In this document: positions 1 through 13,227 of the stretch, piece by piece
Layout: every line of letters starts with the position of its first letter
Numbering within the stretch: position 1 is the stretch's first letter
Origin: Bispira polyomma
Lineage: Eukaryota
Assembly (NCBI GenBank): GCA_965649765.1
Contig: OZ287755.1
Location: 53,320,001-53,384,000 of the forward strand
DNA: 64,000 nucleotides
Reading direction: 5' to 3'
The notes under the pieces: generated by a model
The model's database searches: none
What the model was told of the DNA's origin: nothing
The model's input: only the letters and a program-made list of their open reading frames with translations
Made by a program: the position numbers and the translations under genes

Positions 1-600
1 GGAAAGTCCCAGAAGCCTGAGTGTTTAATGCGCTGATATACATTGATATTACATGCCTCTCCTCCATGGCGACCTCAGGTCTTATACTACTACTACCACA
101 TTAACTCTACCAACTTAACTCACTTGTATGAGAGGTGGGGTGGGTACCCCTCTATAAAGTTAAATATCTAAGCCGTTCCTTAACGAATTTTGGTGAAAAA
201 AAAGCACAGTAATCACAATAAAATAAGCTTTCTTATGCTATTTTCAAAGCCAACATCCGATGAATATTGGGTATATATCTGATGAAAGGAAGCGCTACAT
301 CGGCCGACGTCGGAATATGCTGAAAGGAAGCGTAGGCTAAGTGTTTAATGCGCTGATATACACTGATATTACACTACACTCACCCTAGCCACTGTCTGTT
401 AACCAATCTGTGACATTATAATCAGTTTGTGCCTAAAAAGTAAAAACAACAGACATATGTGTCATATATGATCAAGTCGAATCCGTAAATAGAATAATTA
501 TAAAGTAATAATGTGTATAAGAAGTATAGAAATATCTTATACTGGTAATAAAATGTCAGGTTGGGACAGCGTTTGTTGACAATATTTAATGCAAGACCAG

Positions 601-915
601 TAAACCAAAAATTTTACTCTTCCAATCTAAAATTGCAGTGATCAAGGTTGTAAAAAACACACATAAATTCTCAGTGACCTGAGCTAAAAAACATCTTAAA
701 AACTTTGATATATGCGACTATAGTACTGTGGATACTACAATCATGACAAATATAAATATATAAACCAAAAATTTTACTGTTCCAATCTAAAATTGCAGTG
801 ATCAAGGTTGTAAGAAACACACATAAATTTTCAGTGACCTGAGCTAAAAAAAACATCTTAAAAACTTTGATATATGCGACTATATTACTGTGGATATTAC
901 AATCATGACAAATAT
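601..915. repeat. ~160-bp tandem duplication (mirrored at ~11900-12213)
   Basis: TAAACCAAAAATTTTACT...CAATCATGACAAATATA begins at both 601 and 761. Confidence 0.9.
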
Positions 916-1189
916 ATCTAGGACTGGGCATGGACACCTCAATTAAGCCATGAATGTAGGTAACACTATTGTGTTTTGTGCATTCTGTGATTCTTTAGCC
1001 AACTTTAGCCACGTTACCAAGTATTCCACATAGAATCTTTAGCAAACAAGAACAGTGACATTCAGTAGTCTCAAATGTCTCAACATTTAGTTTAGTTTTG
1101 GGTTTAACATCGCTTTCAACAACTACGTTTTATATTGTTGGGTATTTTTAGATTATGTTTTTCGGTTATAAATAGATTACACCTATTTG

Positions 1190-1749
1190 TGTCATGGCAG
1201 ATAAATAAGCCTAGCCTAAGCCCAAGCTCAAGTCTGACCGAACCCGAGTTTAACCCGAGCCCCAGTGTGACTGAACATGAGTGTGACTGAACCTGAGTCT
1301 GACCCGAGCCCAAGGCTGACCAAACCCGAGTCTGACCCAAGTCTTACTGAGCCTGAGTTTGACCGAACCTGTGACCGAGCCCGAGTCTGTCCGAGTGTAT
1401 AAATGTTCATCCGTTGGTATAAACATGTGAACTTTAGTGTAAAAATAACCCAGTTGGTTTAAATGTATGAAAAGTCTTCTGCAGAACTTTGGTGGAAATT
1501 TTGTATAGAAAGGGGGGAATTCTGCTGAAAAGGGAGTCTTGTTTTTTGGTTTAATTTGAGAGTGTGTATTGAGAGAAATAGTTGAGAACTTGTAAAAGGT
1601 TCTAAATAAATAGTTGTACTTAATGTGTAAACAAATATAGATCATTAAAAGTGGAAAAGATATTATAGTTTTTCATTTGAGAACTGTGTTATAAAAACCC
1701 ATTTATGACAGTGCATGACCTGGGAAAATCATCCCCAAGGAACGTAACA
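1190..1749 (+). mobile_element. Putative 5' LTR of a Ty3/Gypsy retrotransposon (inverted copy at ~11071-11630)
   Basis: Ends CGTAACA two bases before the PBS. Candidate start TGTCATG. Internal short (GACCCGAGTCT)-like tandem array at 1220-1395, TATAAA at ~1398, AATAAA at ~1605. Left boundary is inferred. Confidence 0.6.
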
Positions 1750-1751
1750 AA

Positions 1752-1775
1752 TGGTGTCAGAAGCGGGATTCGGAC
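1752..1775 (+). promoter_or_regulatory. Primer-binding site complementary to the tRNA-Leu 3' end
   Basis: TGGTGTCAGAAGCGGGATTCGGAC matches the reverse complement of the tRNA-Leu(CAA) 3' end (TGGTGTCAGAAGTGGGATTCGAAC) with 2 mismatches, directly after the LTR. Confidence 0.85.
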
Positions 1776-1891
1776 TTGCACACGTCAGAAGAAGAAGAAA
1801 AATAAAACATTAAACAGTTTAAAATAGTTGTTTGTGAAGAAGAGAAATAAAATATTAAACAAATCGTTGTTTGTGAGTTTTGTCTTTACAA

Positions 1892-2945
1892 ATGCCGCCA
1901 AAGAAAAATGCTGGTAAAGTGACCTCAGCTGATAGTTTGGAAGAGGAAAACACCTACAGGGCCAAACTATATTCCCTGCAACTTCAACTTGAGGAGGCCC
2001 AAACAGCTGCCAGGCAAGCCAGGGATAGAGCAGCTTCTGAAGAGGATGATCGTGAGACAATGTTAAGTCAGCTCAATGAGTCTGAAAGTGTTATGGAAAA
2101 CGAGAAAGACAAATCACAATACAACACAATCAAATCACAACATTATGAGCAACTGGACAAGTCCAGCCGTGACAATGCAAGACTGAGTGATGAATTTATG
2201 GAGAAAGCTGGAGATGTGGAAGCAGCAAGGCGGGCTGCCACTGAGGCTTAATGGAGAAACCAGTTTCTTTAACCTAGCACTTCAGGATCAGTCTTCAGCA
2301 CTCCACCTCCACACCATATGTCATCAACTCTGCAGGGACCGACCAGGGGTTTCTCCACAGTTAAATCTCCAATCAGGGTGGGGGGGGGGCACAACACATT
2401 TCTAGTGATGTCCCATTACCTCGTCAGATGTTGTTTGATGGCAAGTCTTCTTTGTTTCATTTGGCAATTCTTGTGGATGGAGTCCTGATAAAAGGCTTTT
2501 CCGACTGACTAACAGCCTCCGTAATGAAGCCGCCGAGTATGCATTTTGCTACCTACCAATGACTACCGTCTTTTGATGGTTTTTGAAGGGGTTGTCTGAT
2601 CAGCAGACAGCAGTTATCGTGGGAATGAAGGATCCACAAACCCTTGAAGAGGCACATGCTGCCCTGAAAACCTATACCAGTCTTAGAGATGACATGGGAA
2701 GACCCCCAAGAGCAAAAGCAACCACAGCAGTGGAAGACATAGAGCCACAGTATGTTTGGCCAAGAGCTCATCACAGATTTTGACAGGAGAATCGGTAAGC
2801 TTGAGTTTATATTGAGAGGCTTAAACCAGAGGAATATGCAGAAACCAAGGGACAGGGCAGAAGTTAAATGCTACAACTGCCACGAAAAAGGACAGTCTTT
2901 TTGAATGTCCTCTGAGGCAGAATGCAGTAAAGTCAGGAAACTAAA
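1892..2945 (+). pseudogene. gag: Gypsy gag remnant (coiled coil, decayed CCHC knuckle)
   Basis: MPPKKNAGK... coiled-coil ORF, DPQTLEEA capsid-like motif and KCYNCHEKG zinc knuckle at ~2866-2895. Multiple stops and frameshifts. Confidence 0.75.
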
Positions 2946-3009
2946 AAGAACCAAATCTGACAGCCTAGATTCGGTCCAGTCTGACTAGTACATAATTAGA
3001 GTAGGTAGA

Positions 3010-4690
3010 CAACTAGGCATTGGTGAAGTAAAAACAAGGTTTTTGATTGATACTGGAGCCGAAGTGACAATTTTATCCCAGAAGCTGTACAAGAGAATCT
3101 GTGACAAAATTAGGCCAAAGCTTGTCCAAACTGATTGTAAATTAGAACTTGAGGTAGCCGACAAGGGTTTGCTAGATGTGGCTGGAGTTGCTGACATCAT
3201 ATTTGACACTGGCCGTCAAATGTATACATGGCATGTTTTGATAGCGCCCATTGAGGAGGAAGGTTTACTTAGGATGGACTTCCTTTTTACACAAAACTTT
3301 GAGCTTTCAAAAAAAGGGTTGAAACTTAATGGCCTGAAAGTAACCACAGAAACTGAGGGTGTTAGTTTAGACAATATAAGGGTATCTATAAAAGAAGACA
3401 CTGTGGTTCCCGCAAACAGTCAGGTACTGGTCTCAGCCAAAGTGAATGTTACTAGTTTAAAACACACAAGAGCATTGATGGAACCCATTACAGATAAAGC
3501 CATGGAAGATGGTCTCTTTGTAGCTAGCTGCCTAGTGGACCCAACTACATGCCTACCAAGCAGACACATGCCTACCAGTCCGTCTGATGAATGTAACAAC
3601 ACAAGACATAGTACTTCACAAACACACCAATATCGGTCAGCTGTCAGAAGTAGAATCCATCAAAGTGTAGTTTTAATCTGAGAGTGACTAAAGTTATGCA
3701 GTACCAGGGGATGCAGTCAGAGGGGTTCATAAAGCTGCCATAAGCAAGAGTACAGAGGGACAGTGTTGGCGAGATGTCCCAGAGCCTGTAATTGAAGAAT
3801 GGCCAGGACCTCTGCAGGATCTTTACCACAAAAGTATCAGTGATCTGTCCCTGAGGAAAGCAAAAAGTTGGCTAAGCTTATTGAACATAATAAGAATGCA
3901 TTTGCCACGTGTCAGGCAAATTTGGGGCAGACATCAGTGGTGACACACAGCATAGATACAAGCACTGCCAAGTCCATCAAGCAACAGCCCAGACGGACCA
4001 CAAAGACCTTTGGAGAAGAGGAGAAAATACTTCAAGAACAGCTGGAAGCTGGAATCATTGCCACACCACCATGGACTTCACCTATTGTGTACATTAGAAA
4101 GAAGGAAACCTCGTGTGGATTATCGACGCATGAATGAAGTGACCCAGAAAGACACCTATCCACTTCCTGTGACATCAGTTATGCCTTTTGGCTTGACCAT
4201 CGTTTCAGGGACTTTCCAGAGGTGTATGGAAATAATATTTTGGGGGCTCCAGTGGAAATCTGTGGTAATATTTCTAGATGATTTGATTCTCTATAATGAG
4301 TCATTTAACAGCCATCTTGAGAATCTAAATGAAGTTCTTGAAAGACTAGTTAAAGCAGGATTGAAACTGAAGCCCAGTAAATGAAACTTACTCCAGAAAG
4401 AAGTTGTATTTTTGGGGCATGTAGTATCAAAATCTGGCATAAAACCTGACCCAAAAATTGAAGCTCTTAAGAACTGGCCTGTTCCACAAAATATACATGA
4501 TATCCGTGTGTCTGTTGGTTTTTGTTCATATTATAGACTTCTTGTCAGAGGGTTCTCATCAATTGTTAGCCTGCTCACAGAAAGCATTTCTGAATGCATT
4601 TCAGAAACTGAAAGATGCTTTGACTGATGAAAATATTATGGCTTATCCAAATGATTCTGGTCTTTTGATATTAGATACTAATGCTTCAAT
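3010..4690 (+). pseudogene. pol: Gypsy pol remnant: aspartic protease, RT and start of RNase H; 3' truncated
   Basis: FLIDTGAEVTIL protease motif; PWTSPIV, VDYRRMN, MPFGL, IFLDDLI, LKLKPSK and LGHVVS RT motifs; LILDTNAS RNase H start. Broken by frameshifts and deletions. Confidence 0.92.
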
Positions 4691-4699
4691 TCTCAAAAT

Positions 4700-5280
4700 T
4701 TCTTTTTACCACAGGTTTTTCTACTTGTAGTTTCTCCATGTTCTGTACATGAAAACTTTTTGTGTATCAGTTATGACCTGCCACTGCAAAGTAGAAAACC
4801 ATTTCTTTCAGTGCTTGCAAATGTAATTTCCAGTTTCCTGTACATTCTGCTTCACGAAAAATTCTTGTTATGTCCATCATTTCCATGTACTGTAAGCCTT
4901 GCAGTTCTTCGATCACTGAGGGACTGTTTTTCTTCATTTAACTTGCCAAGTATTCTCATAAGAGCATCTGTAGAGCAAACATATTTAACTGTAATATCCC
5001 CACCTATTACTTGTTAATAAATATGAGATGCTTCCAGTAGATCACAATGAGCTCCATCTGTTTCATCCAACATGTTATACATTGAACTGGCTTGCTCTTC
5101 TGTCAATGCCTCTTCTATTCCAGATGAAGTTTCAGTCTTTGACATAAATGCTAGTTGTGTAATCAGAGTATTCAGGACAGAGTCCACAATAAAGTGCCCT
5201 CATAGTGCCCTAGCTATAGCTTTTCCACTTAAAATATGTGTCACCGTATTTTAAGCATAAATATGTTCACGAAGTTCCAA
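4700..5280 (-). pseudogene. Academ-type DNA transposase fragment
   Basis: Manual minus-strand translation: EHIYA*NTVTHILSGKAIARAL*GHFIVDSVL ... QYMEMMDITRIFREAECTGNWKLHLQALKEMVFYFAVAGHN*YTKS, motifs I associate with Academ transposases. Confidence 0.65.
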
Positions 5281-6744
5281 ATAAAAACTTCATTTTCAAC
5301 AGCTTTCCCATTTTTCCATTATTCTCGACTTTTAGTATGTTATAGATATGTATCACTTAGACCTGATGCAAAAAAAATTCTGTTGCAATTTGTTTTGGGT
5401 ATATGTGTAATTTGACTGGACTAAGTCAACTTTGTACAGCAGAGAAACAGACACCGTTCGTCAGTACAAAAAGCCTGATTATTTTCAAAGAAACTCCCAT
5501 AGTGGGCATCTTGTTTTTTATTAATATGCTTTGATATGCATCTTTAAAAAAAGAATTTATGTCACGAAAGCTTGAGCAGAAATTGAAAATACTGTTGCGT
5601 ATGGGGACTTTGAAAGCATTAATGAAGTTGATTGATGACCAATATTTTGTAAGACAGTCAAACCTTATTCACATTAGCATCGTTGACCAGGCAAAGCAAT
5701 CCTGTACAGATAACATTTGGAATTCTTGGTATAATCAATATGCATGATATGAACTTTTAATATGTCCTTTTAATAATGTAGTCTGCAACCCAAAGAAAAA
5801 AATTCAATATATTAAAACAGCAAAAGGTAAATATTTTATTCATAAGAAATCATTTAAACACATAACCCATTTTTGGTTGTGAATTGTGTGACTGAGTACA
5901 TTGGAATGCAGGCCCTGGGTATACTTTGATGATGACTAAGTATTTTCCAGCAAGAATGCAGTCAAACTAGAGACTCTTATACACATATTCAAGCCTCCAG
6001 CATGAGACGGGTGTTTTTGCCAGAAATCCACTAACATCCAAACACCCCACCTTGTACCACCAGAACAATTACCTCTTCACCAACCTCTCACTGTTGATAC
6101 TGCAGTAATGGTGGCAACTGCACTTTTCAGTAGTGGACTGTACTATTCTGTAACTCCCTCTTATAGAGTGTTACCAAGACCAATGTTCAAAAGCTCTATA
6201 CTGTTCAAAATTACTTGTGTTGCAAGGTTCGTTCAGTTGGTACCTAAAGCAATATCACCCCTCTTCTCAAAAATATACTCTGGCTTCTAATTCAATATTG
6301 CATTATCTTCAAGATAAATGTTTTATTGTTTAAGGTTATTTCTCTTGGCAAGCTTATGTACTTAGCATCACTCATCAAGGCCAGTTACTTAACAAGAAAA
6401 AATAGACTCTCAGTCTCAAAGTATCTTCCCAAAATAAACATGATGGTAATTGATTTACATGGATATATGAAGTGAATGAAACAAGCTTCATACTGATATC
6501 TGTAATCCGACAAGGATGCATTCAGAAGAAACCTAAAGGTCAGGCATTTTCAAGCAGACATATCATCATTTATAGCCCAGTCACACATACAGGAAGCACA
6601 GAGCATCATAGCATGAAGTCTATATGTACGTTTGAACATAGCACTCAGTATCGTAGTGAAATTAAGATATAATTGTCAATGCTTGGCCTCGTTAAGGCCC
6701 GTTCAACATTCAATAACTTTTGTTACGTTTCACAAGGAATTTGA

Positions 6745-6862
6745 CCCACACTGACCCCAGTCCCTGTACCATGCTGACATCACTCACTGAACCCAGTCCC
6801 TGTACCACACTGACCTCACACAATGACCCCAGTCCTTGTACAAAGCGGACCTCACACACTGA
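6745..6862. repeat. ~35-bp minisatellite, about 3 copies
   Basis: CACACTGACCCCAGTCCCTGTACC units repeated. Confidence 0.8.
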
Positions 6863-7875
6863 CATGTTACAGGTTTAGCTAGTTTATATGTACAGAATCA
6901 ATCCCAATCAGTCACATGTTTCAAATATAACAGAAGAATGCTATAATATATCTTTGTGCTGCTCATGTAATACGATTAGACACTTTATAAATTCAAATAT
7001 GTAGATTTGATGTATCTTCCCTCTTGTCTCAAATATGCCAGAAGAATACCGTGACATATATTCTTGCTGCTCCTGTACTACAATAAAACACTTGCTATAG
7101 TGATAACTTTGCAAAAGAAATACTGTATATTAAAATATTAGTTGTAACCATTCATTTTAATATAGCTCTTATAGCTGAATTAAGACTCTGTGTAAGTCAA
7201 ACCTCCAATATCTAAAGTATTAATTACGACCAAATTCCACTTACACCTAATATGATGCTAGTATTTGTGACTCTTGGGACCCAAAAATAGGCTCGACTTG
7301 TATTAAACTTCCACTTACACTGGTTCTAGCTATAGGGAGTCTACTGTATATGGAAATAGCCTGAAGTTGCAACCATTCGTTTTAAAAGAGCTCTCTCAGC
7401 TGAATTTAAATATGCAGATTTGATGTATCTTCCCTCTCGCCAGAGACAGAGAGACCTTTGAGTTGTGCAAGATAATTTAGCTGAAACAATTTAGAAAATA
7501 CTGCCTCTAATGTTTTGTCTCCTGTTTGCAATTGAAAAATCATAGGGTTTAAAGTCAAATGTTCAGTCAGTAAAAAGTACAAAGTTACATGTATTTGCTT
7601 ACTTATGTGCTAACTAAAATGATAAATAATCGCTGTGACAATGGTTCTTGCAGCTACAAGGATAACTATTTTATATTTATGGTAACTATAACAAAAGTGA
7701 AATTGTCAACAAATATTTCTTAAACTTCCATTACACTAACAATACATGTGACATCTGTTGGATGGGCGAGAAGTTTTTGTTTTGTGTGTATGTGAGGTAA
7801 CTTATTTGTGGGATAGTTTGCTTCTTGTCATTAGGGCTTTTTTAAAATGAACATTTTCAAATGAACCACAAAAGC

Positions 7876-9264
7876 TCAGTTATTGTTTTGGGAATTTCTG
7901 GGTGGTCCTGAAAAGGGCCTTTTAAGTTGGTCCTCAAAAGCAGCCATAACTGAGGAGAGGAGTGGCCACTGGTCTGTTGTTGTGGTGCTATTGCTGGTTG
8001 CCAATAAAGTGGTGGTTGGGGAGGTAATGGTTGTGTCTGTCTGCTGAGGCTCTTCTGGCTTAGGTGTGAAAGGTTCAGGAGTGTTAATGCTCTGGTAGCT
8101 GATGTCCCCTGTGGCCAATTGACTTCCTCTCACAAGTGATGAGACTGATGAGGTGTAGCAGACTCCCTGAGGGTGGGTTGTAGCACTGAAGATGACTGGT
8201 GGCAGCCATCGTACTTCCAGCTAGGATTTGTGATATTTTGTGGACAATCTGAATGGACTGCTGTGGCTCGGTCTGGTGGTACTCAAACTGTTCTAGTTGT
8301 TATTGTTGCTGAAAGAAGGTTGTGCCATCTAATAGAAGGTAATAGGCTGTTGTTAAAACTGTTGGGATTCAAACTGTGGCACCACCTGTTGAGAGGAACA
8401 GGCCTGTCTTGCACATTGCTAATCAGGTTTAAAGCTTCTCTCCTGAATTGGGTAAAGTATTAGTCGGAAAGTTTGTCTGCCTCCAGAACTAAACAGTCAA
8501 GGAAAACACCTCTAGGTCCCTCTGTCTTTCGTAGGGCCTCCTTCAAAAAGCGTAATATATTTCCCTCTATGTGACCGATTCTGTTTCTCAGCTCTGTAGA
8601 AAGTTCAGCATCTGAGATAGTCATTGACACTGCCTATGTGGAAGACTGCTTAAAGAGTCTGCCAGGCAAAACGATGCTCATGGAAGACTCTATCTCGACA
8701 TCTCCTTGCAAAGTGTCGGACTGAGATCCACCTTGTGTCGGTGAAGGTATTGGAATGGGCGGATGCTGATGGAATGGGCTTGAACCCAGTCATCTTGGAA
8801 ACATGTCGGATGATACGTGGCCTTGAAAAATCAAATGTCCCTTTCACCCTTTTGGTCAGTTCAGGAGGAGCTTGGCCAGACTTCTGGAGACTCAATTTCC
8901 TATAAATGGTACGATGTGACTGAAACCACTTGTTTAACTTATCTGCATCCAATCCCCTGCTAAAGCAAAAATCTTGTCAAAGCATATCTCTTTTATGTGT
9001 TTCTTTGTACAAAGGGTCTCTCTTGTACAAACACTCGTGATCTTTGCAAAAAGTCCTCTTGCTCATCTAAAAGTAAAACTGTCCTCATTTTTCTCTTCTT
9101 CTGTTTTTTGCTGAGAGAAGCCAATTTACTATCCCTAGCTGTCTCCTGTGTCTCAACATCATGTGTCTCAACATCCTGTGTCTCAATATCCTGTGTCACA
9201 ACATCCATCTGTGATAGCTGTGATTCTGAAATGACTTCCTTTTTCCTTTTCTTTTTGGTGGCAT
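7876..9264 (-). pseudogene. MADF/Myb-SANT-like DNA-binding protein of PIF/Harbinger type, frameshifted
   Basis: Basic N-terminus (MPPKRK..), LDEQEDF, KWFQSHRTIYRKLSLQKSGQAPPELTKR..FDF.RPRIIRH, a BESS-like segment (FLDCLVLEADKL..FTQFRREALNLI) and a Q/T-rich tail. Harbinger-like terminus GGTGTGACCAGGCC at ~9655-9668. Confidence 0.65.
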
Positions 9265-10252
9265 TTTAATTTATAACTCAAACAAACAACAAAGACTCTG
9301 TCTCAGTTTAAGATATTTTTATAATATAGATTTTATTGCCAGTAGATGTGAACTCTCTCGATGCTAAAACTGAATGTGCTAAAGATGACTTTTATATGAT
9401 CGGTTTCACTAAGTAGCAGAACGCATCAGAAAGCAGCAGTAAGTAGCAGTACAGTAGCTCTACATAGTAGTATGTTTTGATATCCTACCAGTAAAGTGTT
9501 GGATTGTTGCCCCCGCTCCGTGTGTAAAAGTGCTAACATTGTCACAAAACGTCACAGTTAACTCCACATCATGAAAATGACGTCACTTTGAACCGAAACT
9601 ACCAAGTTTTCAGCTTATATTGCTTTGCTATGTTGTTTGTCATTAGCACATGTAGGTGTGACCAGGCCATAAGCAGCATTTGGTAGCAATACTTTGCCAG
9701 AAAGTAGCTCTACAATAAACAGGGAGGCGATATAGGGAGGTGTGTGCAGTGGTACAGGGCAAACATTATGAGATATGACTGTGATATACTTCACTTCTAC
9801 ACAGATCTATACAAGGATAATATGGGAGGTGTGTGCGTAATAGTATATGGTAAATATTATCAGATATGATCTTGATATAGTTTGCTTCTACACAGATCTA
9901 TATGCACATATATATCATATATAAGTGATGTTTACAACCAGGTCACAACTTTCTTGGTGCAATATCGAGACATTCATGTGATGATTGACAAAACCACTTC
10001 TTAATATTTCTTCCTTTAATCCGTAGTCAAATAGACATTATTATACTGATGTATCTATAATTTACACCACATCAATATGGCTTGTCAGAACTTCTGAAGT
10101 ATTACTTACCACAGGTTATGTCAGATGTTGTAGTCTCCTAATAAGTTACATAATACCTAAGCCTCATTTACACAATTGGCCATTATGAATGCATGTTTCG
10201 GAACTCTTTGCTGATTTTATTGAACATTAGCTGCGCCATCACATTTATTAGG

Positions 10253-12813
10253 TGATCAGACAACCCCTTCAAAAACCATCAAAAGACGGTAGTCATTGGT
10301 AGGTAGCAAAATGCATACTCGGCGGTTTCATTACAGAGGCTGTTAGTCAGCCGGAAAAGCCTTTTATTAGGACTCCATCCACAAGAATTGCCAAATGAAA
10401 CAAAGAAGACTTGCCATCAAACAACATCTGACGAGGTAATGGGACATCACTAGAAATGTGTTGTGCCCCACCCCCCTGATTGGAGATTTAACTGTGGAGA
10501 AACCCCTGGTCGGTCCCTGCAGAGTTGATGACATATGGTGTGGAGGTGGAGTGCTGAAGACTGATCCTGAAGTGCTAGGTAAAAGAAACTGGTTTCTCCA
10601 TTAAGCCTCAGTGGCAGCCCGCCTTGCTGCTTCTTGCATTGTCACGGCTGGACTTGTCCAGTTGCTCATAATGTTGTGATTTGATTGTGTTGTATTGTGA
10701 TTTGTCTTTCTCGTTTTCCATAACACTTTCAGACTCATTGAGCTGACTTAACATTGTCTCACGATCATCCTCTTCAGAAGCTGCTCTATCCCTGGCTTGC
10801 CTGGCAGCTGTTTGGGCCTCCTCAAGTTGAAGTTGCAGGGAATATAGTTTGGCCCTGTAGGTGTTTTCCTCTTCCAAACTATCAGCTGAGGTCACTTTAC
10901 CAGCATTTTTCTTTGGCGGCATTTGTAAAGACAAAACTCACAAACAACGATTTGCAACTGTTTAATATTTTATTTCTCTTCTTCACAAACAACTATTTTA
11001 AACTGTTTAATGTTTTATTTTTCTTCTTCTTCTGACATGTGCAAGTCCGAATCTCGCTTCTGACACCATTTGTTACGTTCCTTGGGGATGATTTTCCCAG
11101 GTCATGCACTGTCATAAATGGGTTTTTATAACACAGTTCTCAAATGAAAAACTATAATATCTTTTCCACTTTTAATGATCTATATTTGTTTACACATTAA
11201 GTACAACTATTTATTTAGAACCTTTTACAAGTTCTCAACTATTTCTCTCAATACACACTCTCAAATTAAACCAAAAAACAAGACTCCCTTTTCAGCAGAA
11301 TTCCCCCCTTTCTATACAAAATTTCCACCAAAGTTCTGCAGAAGACTTTTCATACATTTAAACCAACTGGGTTATTTTTACACTAAAGTTCACATGTTTA
11401 TACCAACGGATGAACATTTATACACTCGGACAGACTCGGGCTCGGTCACAGGTTCGGTCAAACTCAGGCTCAGTAATACTTGGGTCAGACTCGGGTTTGG
11501 TCAGCCTTGGGCTCGGGTCAGACTCAGGTTCAGTCACACTCATGTTCAGTCACACTGGGGCTCGGGTTAAACTCGGGTTCGGTCAGACTTGAGCTTGGGC
11601 TTAGGCTAGGCTTATTTATCTGCCATGACACAAATAGGTGTAATCTATTTATAACCGAAAAACATAATCTAAAAATACCCAACAATATAAAACGTAGTTG
11701 TTGAAAGCGATGTTAAACCCAAAACTAAACTAAATGTTGAGACATTTGAGACTACTGAATGTCACTGTTTGCTAAAGATTCTATGTGGAATACTTGGTAA
11801 CGTGGCTAAAGTTGGCTAAAGAATCACAGAATGCACAAAACACAATAGTGTTACCTACATTCATGGCTTAATTGAGGTGTCCATGCCCAGTCCTAGATAT
11901 ATTTGTCATGATTGTAATATCCACAGTAATATAGTCGCATATATCAAAGTTTTTAAGATGTTTTTTTTAGCTCAGGTCACTGAAAATTTATGTGTGTTTC
12001 TTACAACCTTGATCACTGCAATTTTAGATTGGAACAGTAAAATTTTTGGTTTATATATTTATATTTGTCATGATTGTAGTATCCACAGTACTATAGTCGC
12101 ATATATCAAAGTTTTTAAGATGTTTTTTAGCTCAGGTCACTGAGAATTTATGTGTGTTTTTTACAACCTTGATCACTGCAATTTTAGATTGGAAGAGTAA
12201 AATTTTTGGTTTACTGGTCTTGCATTAAATATTGTCAACAAACGCTGTCCCAACCTGACATTTTATTACCAGTATAAGATATTTCTATACTTCTTATACA
12301 CATTATTACTTTATAATTATTCTATTTACGGATTCGACTTGATCATATATGACACATATGTCTGTTGTTTTTACTTTTTAGGCACAAACTGATTATAATG
12401 TCACAGATTGGTTAACAGACAGTGGCTAGGGTGAGTGTAGTGTAATATCAGTGTATATCAGCGCATTAAACACTTAGCCTACGCTTCCTTTCAGCATATT
12501 CCGACGTCGGCCGATGTAGCGCTTCCTTTCATCAGATATATACCCAATATTCATCGGATGTTGGCTTTGAAAATAGCATAAGAAAGCTTATTTTATTGTG
12601 ATTACTGTGCTTTTTTTTCACCAAAATTCGTTAAGGAACGGCTTAGATATTTAACTTTATAGAGGGGTACCCACCCCACCTCTCATACAAGTGAGTTAAG
12701 TTGGTAGAGTTAATGTGGTAGTAGTAGTATAAGACCTGAGGTCGCCATGGAGGAGAGGCATGTAATATCAATGTATATCAGCGCATTAAACACTCAGGCT
12801 TCTGGGACTTTCC
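10253..12813. repeat. Right arm of the large inverted duplication
   Basis: Mirror of 1-2602. Differs by a 38-bp deletion, two 6-bp indels, a G-run length change and a few substitutions. Confidence 0.97.
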
Positions 12814-13227
12814 CCTTTAGCTCTAACCCCCCCCCCCCCCTCTCAATTTTTACTGCCCATCTATGAACAATGGAATACTATTAAGTGATTCGCTATTAAA
12901 AAAACAATCATTAACATTTTAGATTGGTTAACCACCCGTGAATTTCCAGAAAATTTTGAAACAATGGATGAAACAATTTTGGTAGATTTCCTGAGAAGAT
13001 TTTATGGGGAAGTCAATTCTAAGAATGGTAGTTCCTACTCCAAGTGTGCATTAGTGGAATTAGAGCTGGCATCAACAGGTGTCTACAGGGCCCACCTCAT
13101 AACAGAGTTATCAATATTACAACCGACCAAAGTTTCACAGCCACAAACAAAGTGTTCACCTGAAGGATCCGACTGCAGAGAGTTGCAGGTGACGATATCA
13201 GCAAGCCAAAATCTGTAATTGCACCGA

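Larger units (their letters stand above)
1..2602. repeat. Left arm of a large inverted duplication (may extend beyond the window start)
   Basis: Reverse complement matches 10253-12813 almost base for base (position 1 pairs with 12813, 2602 with 10253). ORFs are mirrored, e.g. 671..937- / 11877..12143+. Confidence 0.97.

Noticed and set aside
671-1645. Short ORFs (88, 74, 60, 131 aa) and their mirror copies at 11175-12143
   Set aside because: They arise from tandem repeats and LTR sequence; their duplication reflects the inverted repeat, not coding conservation.
1-12813. Giant foldback or Polinton-like element with 2.6-kb TIRs
   Set aside because: The arms end mid-gag and contain unrelated repeats, and the spacer has no polB, capsid or intact transposase.
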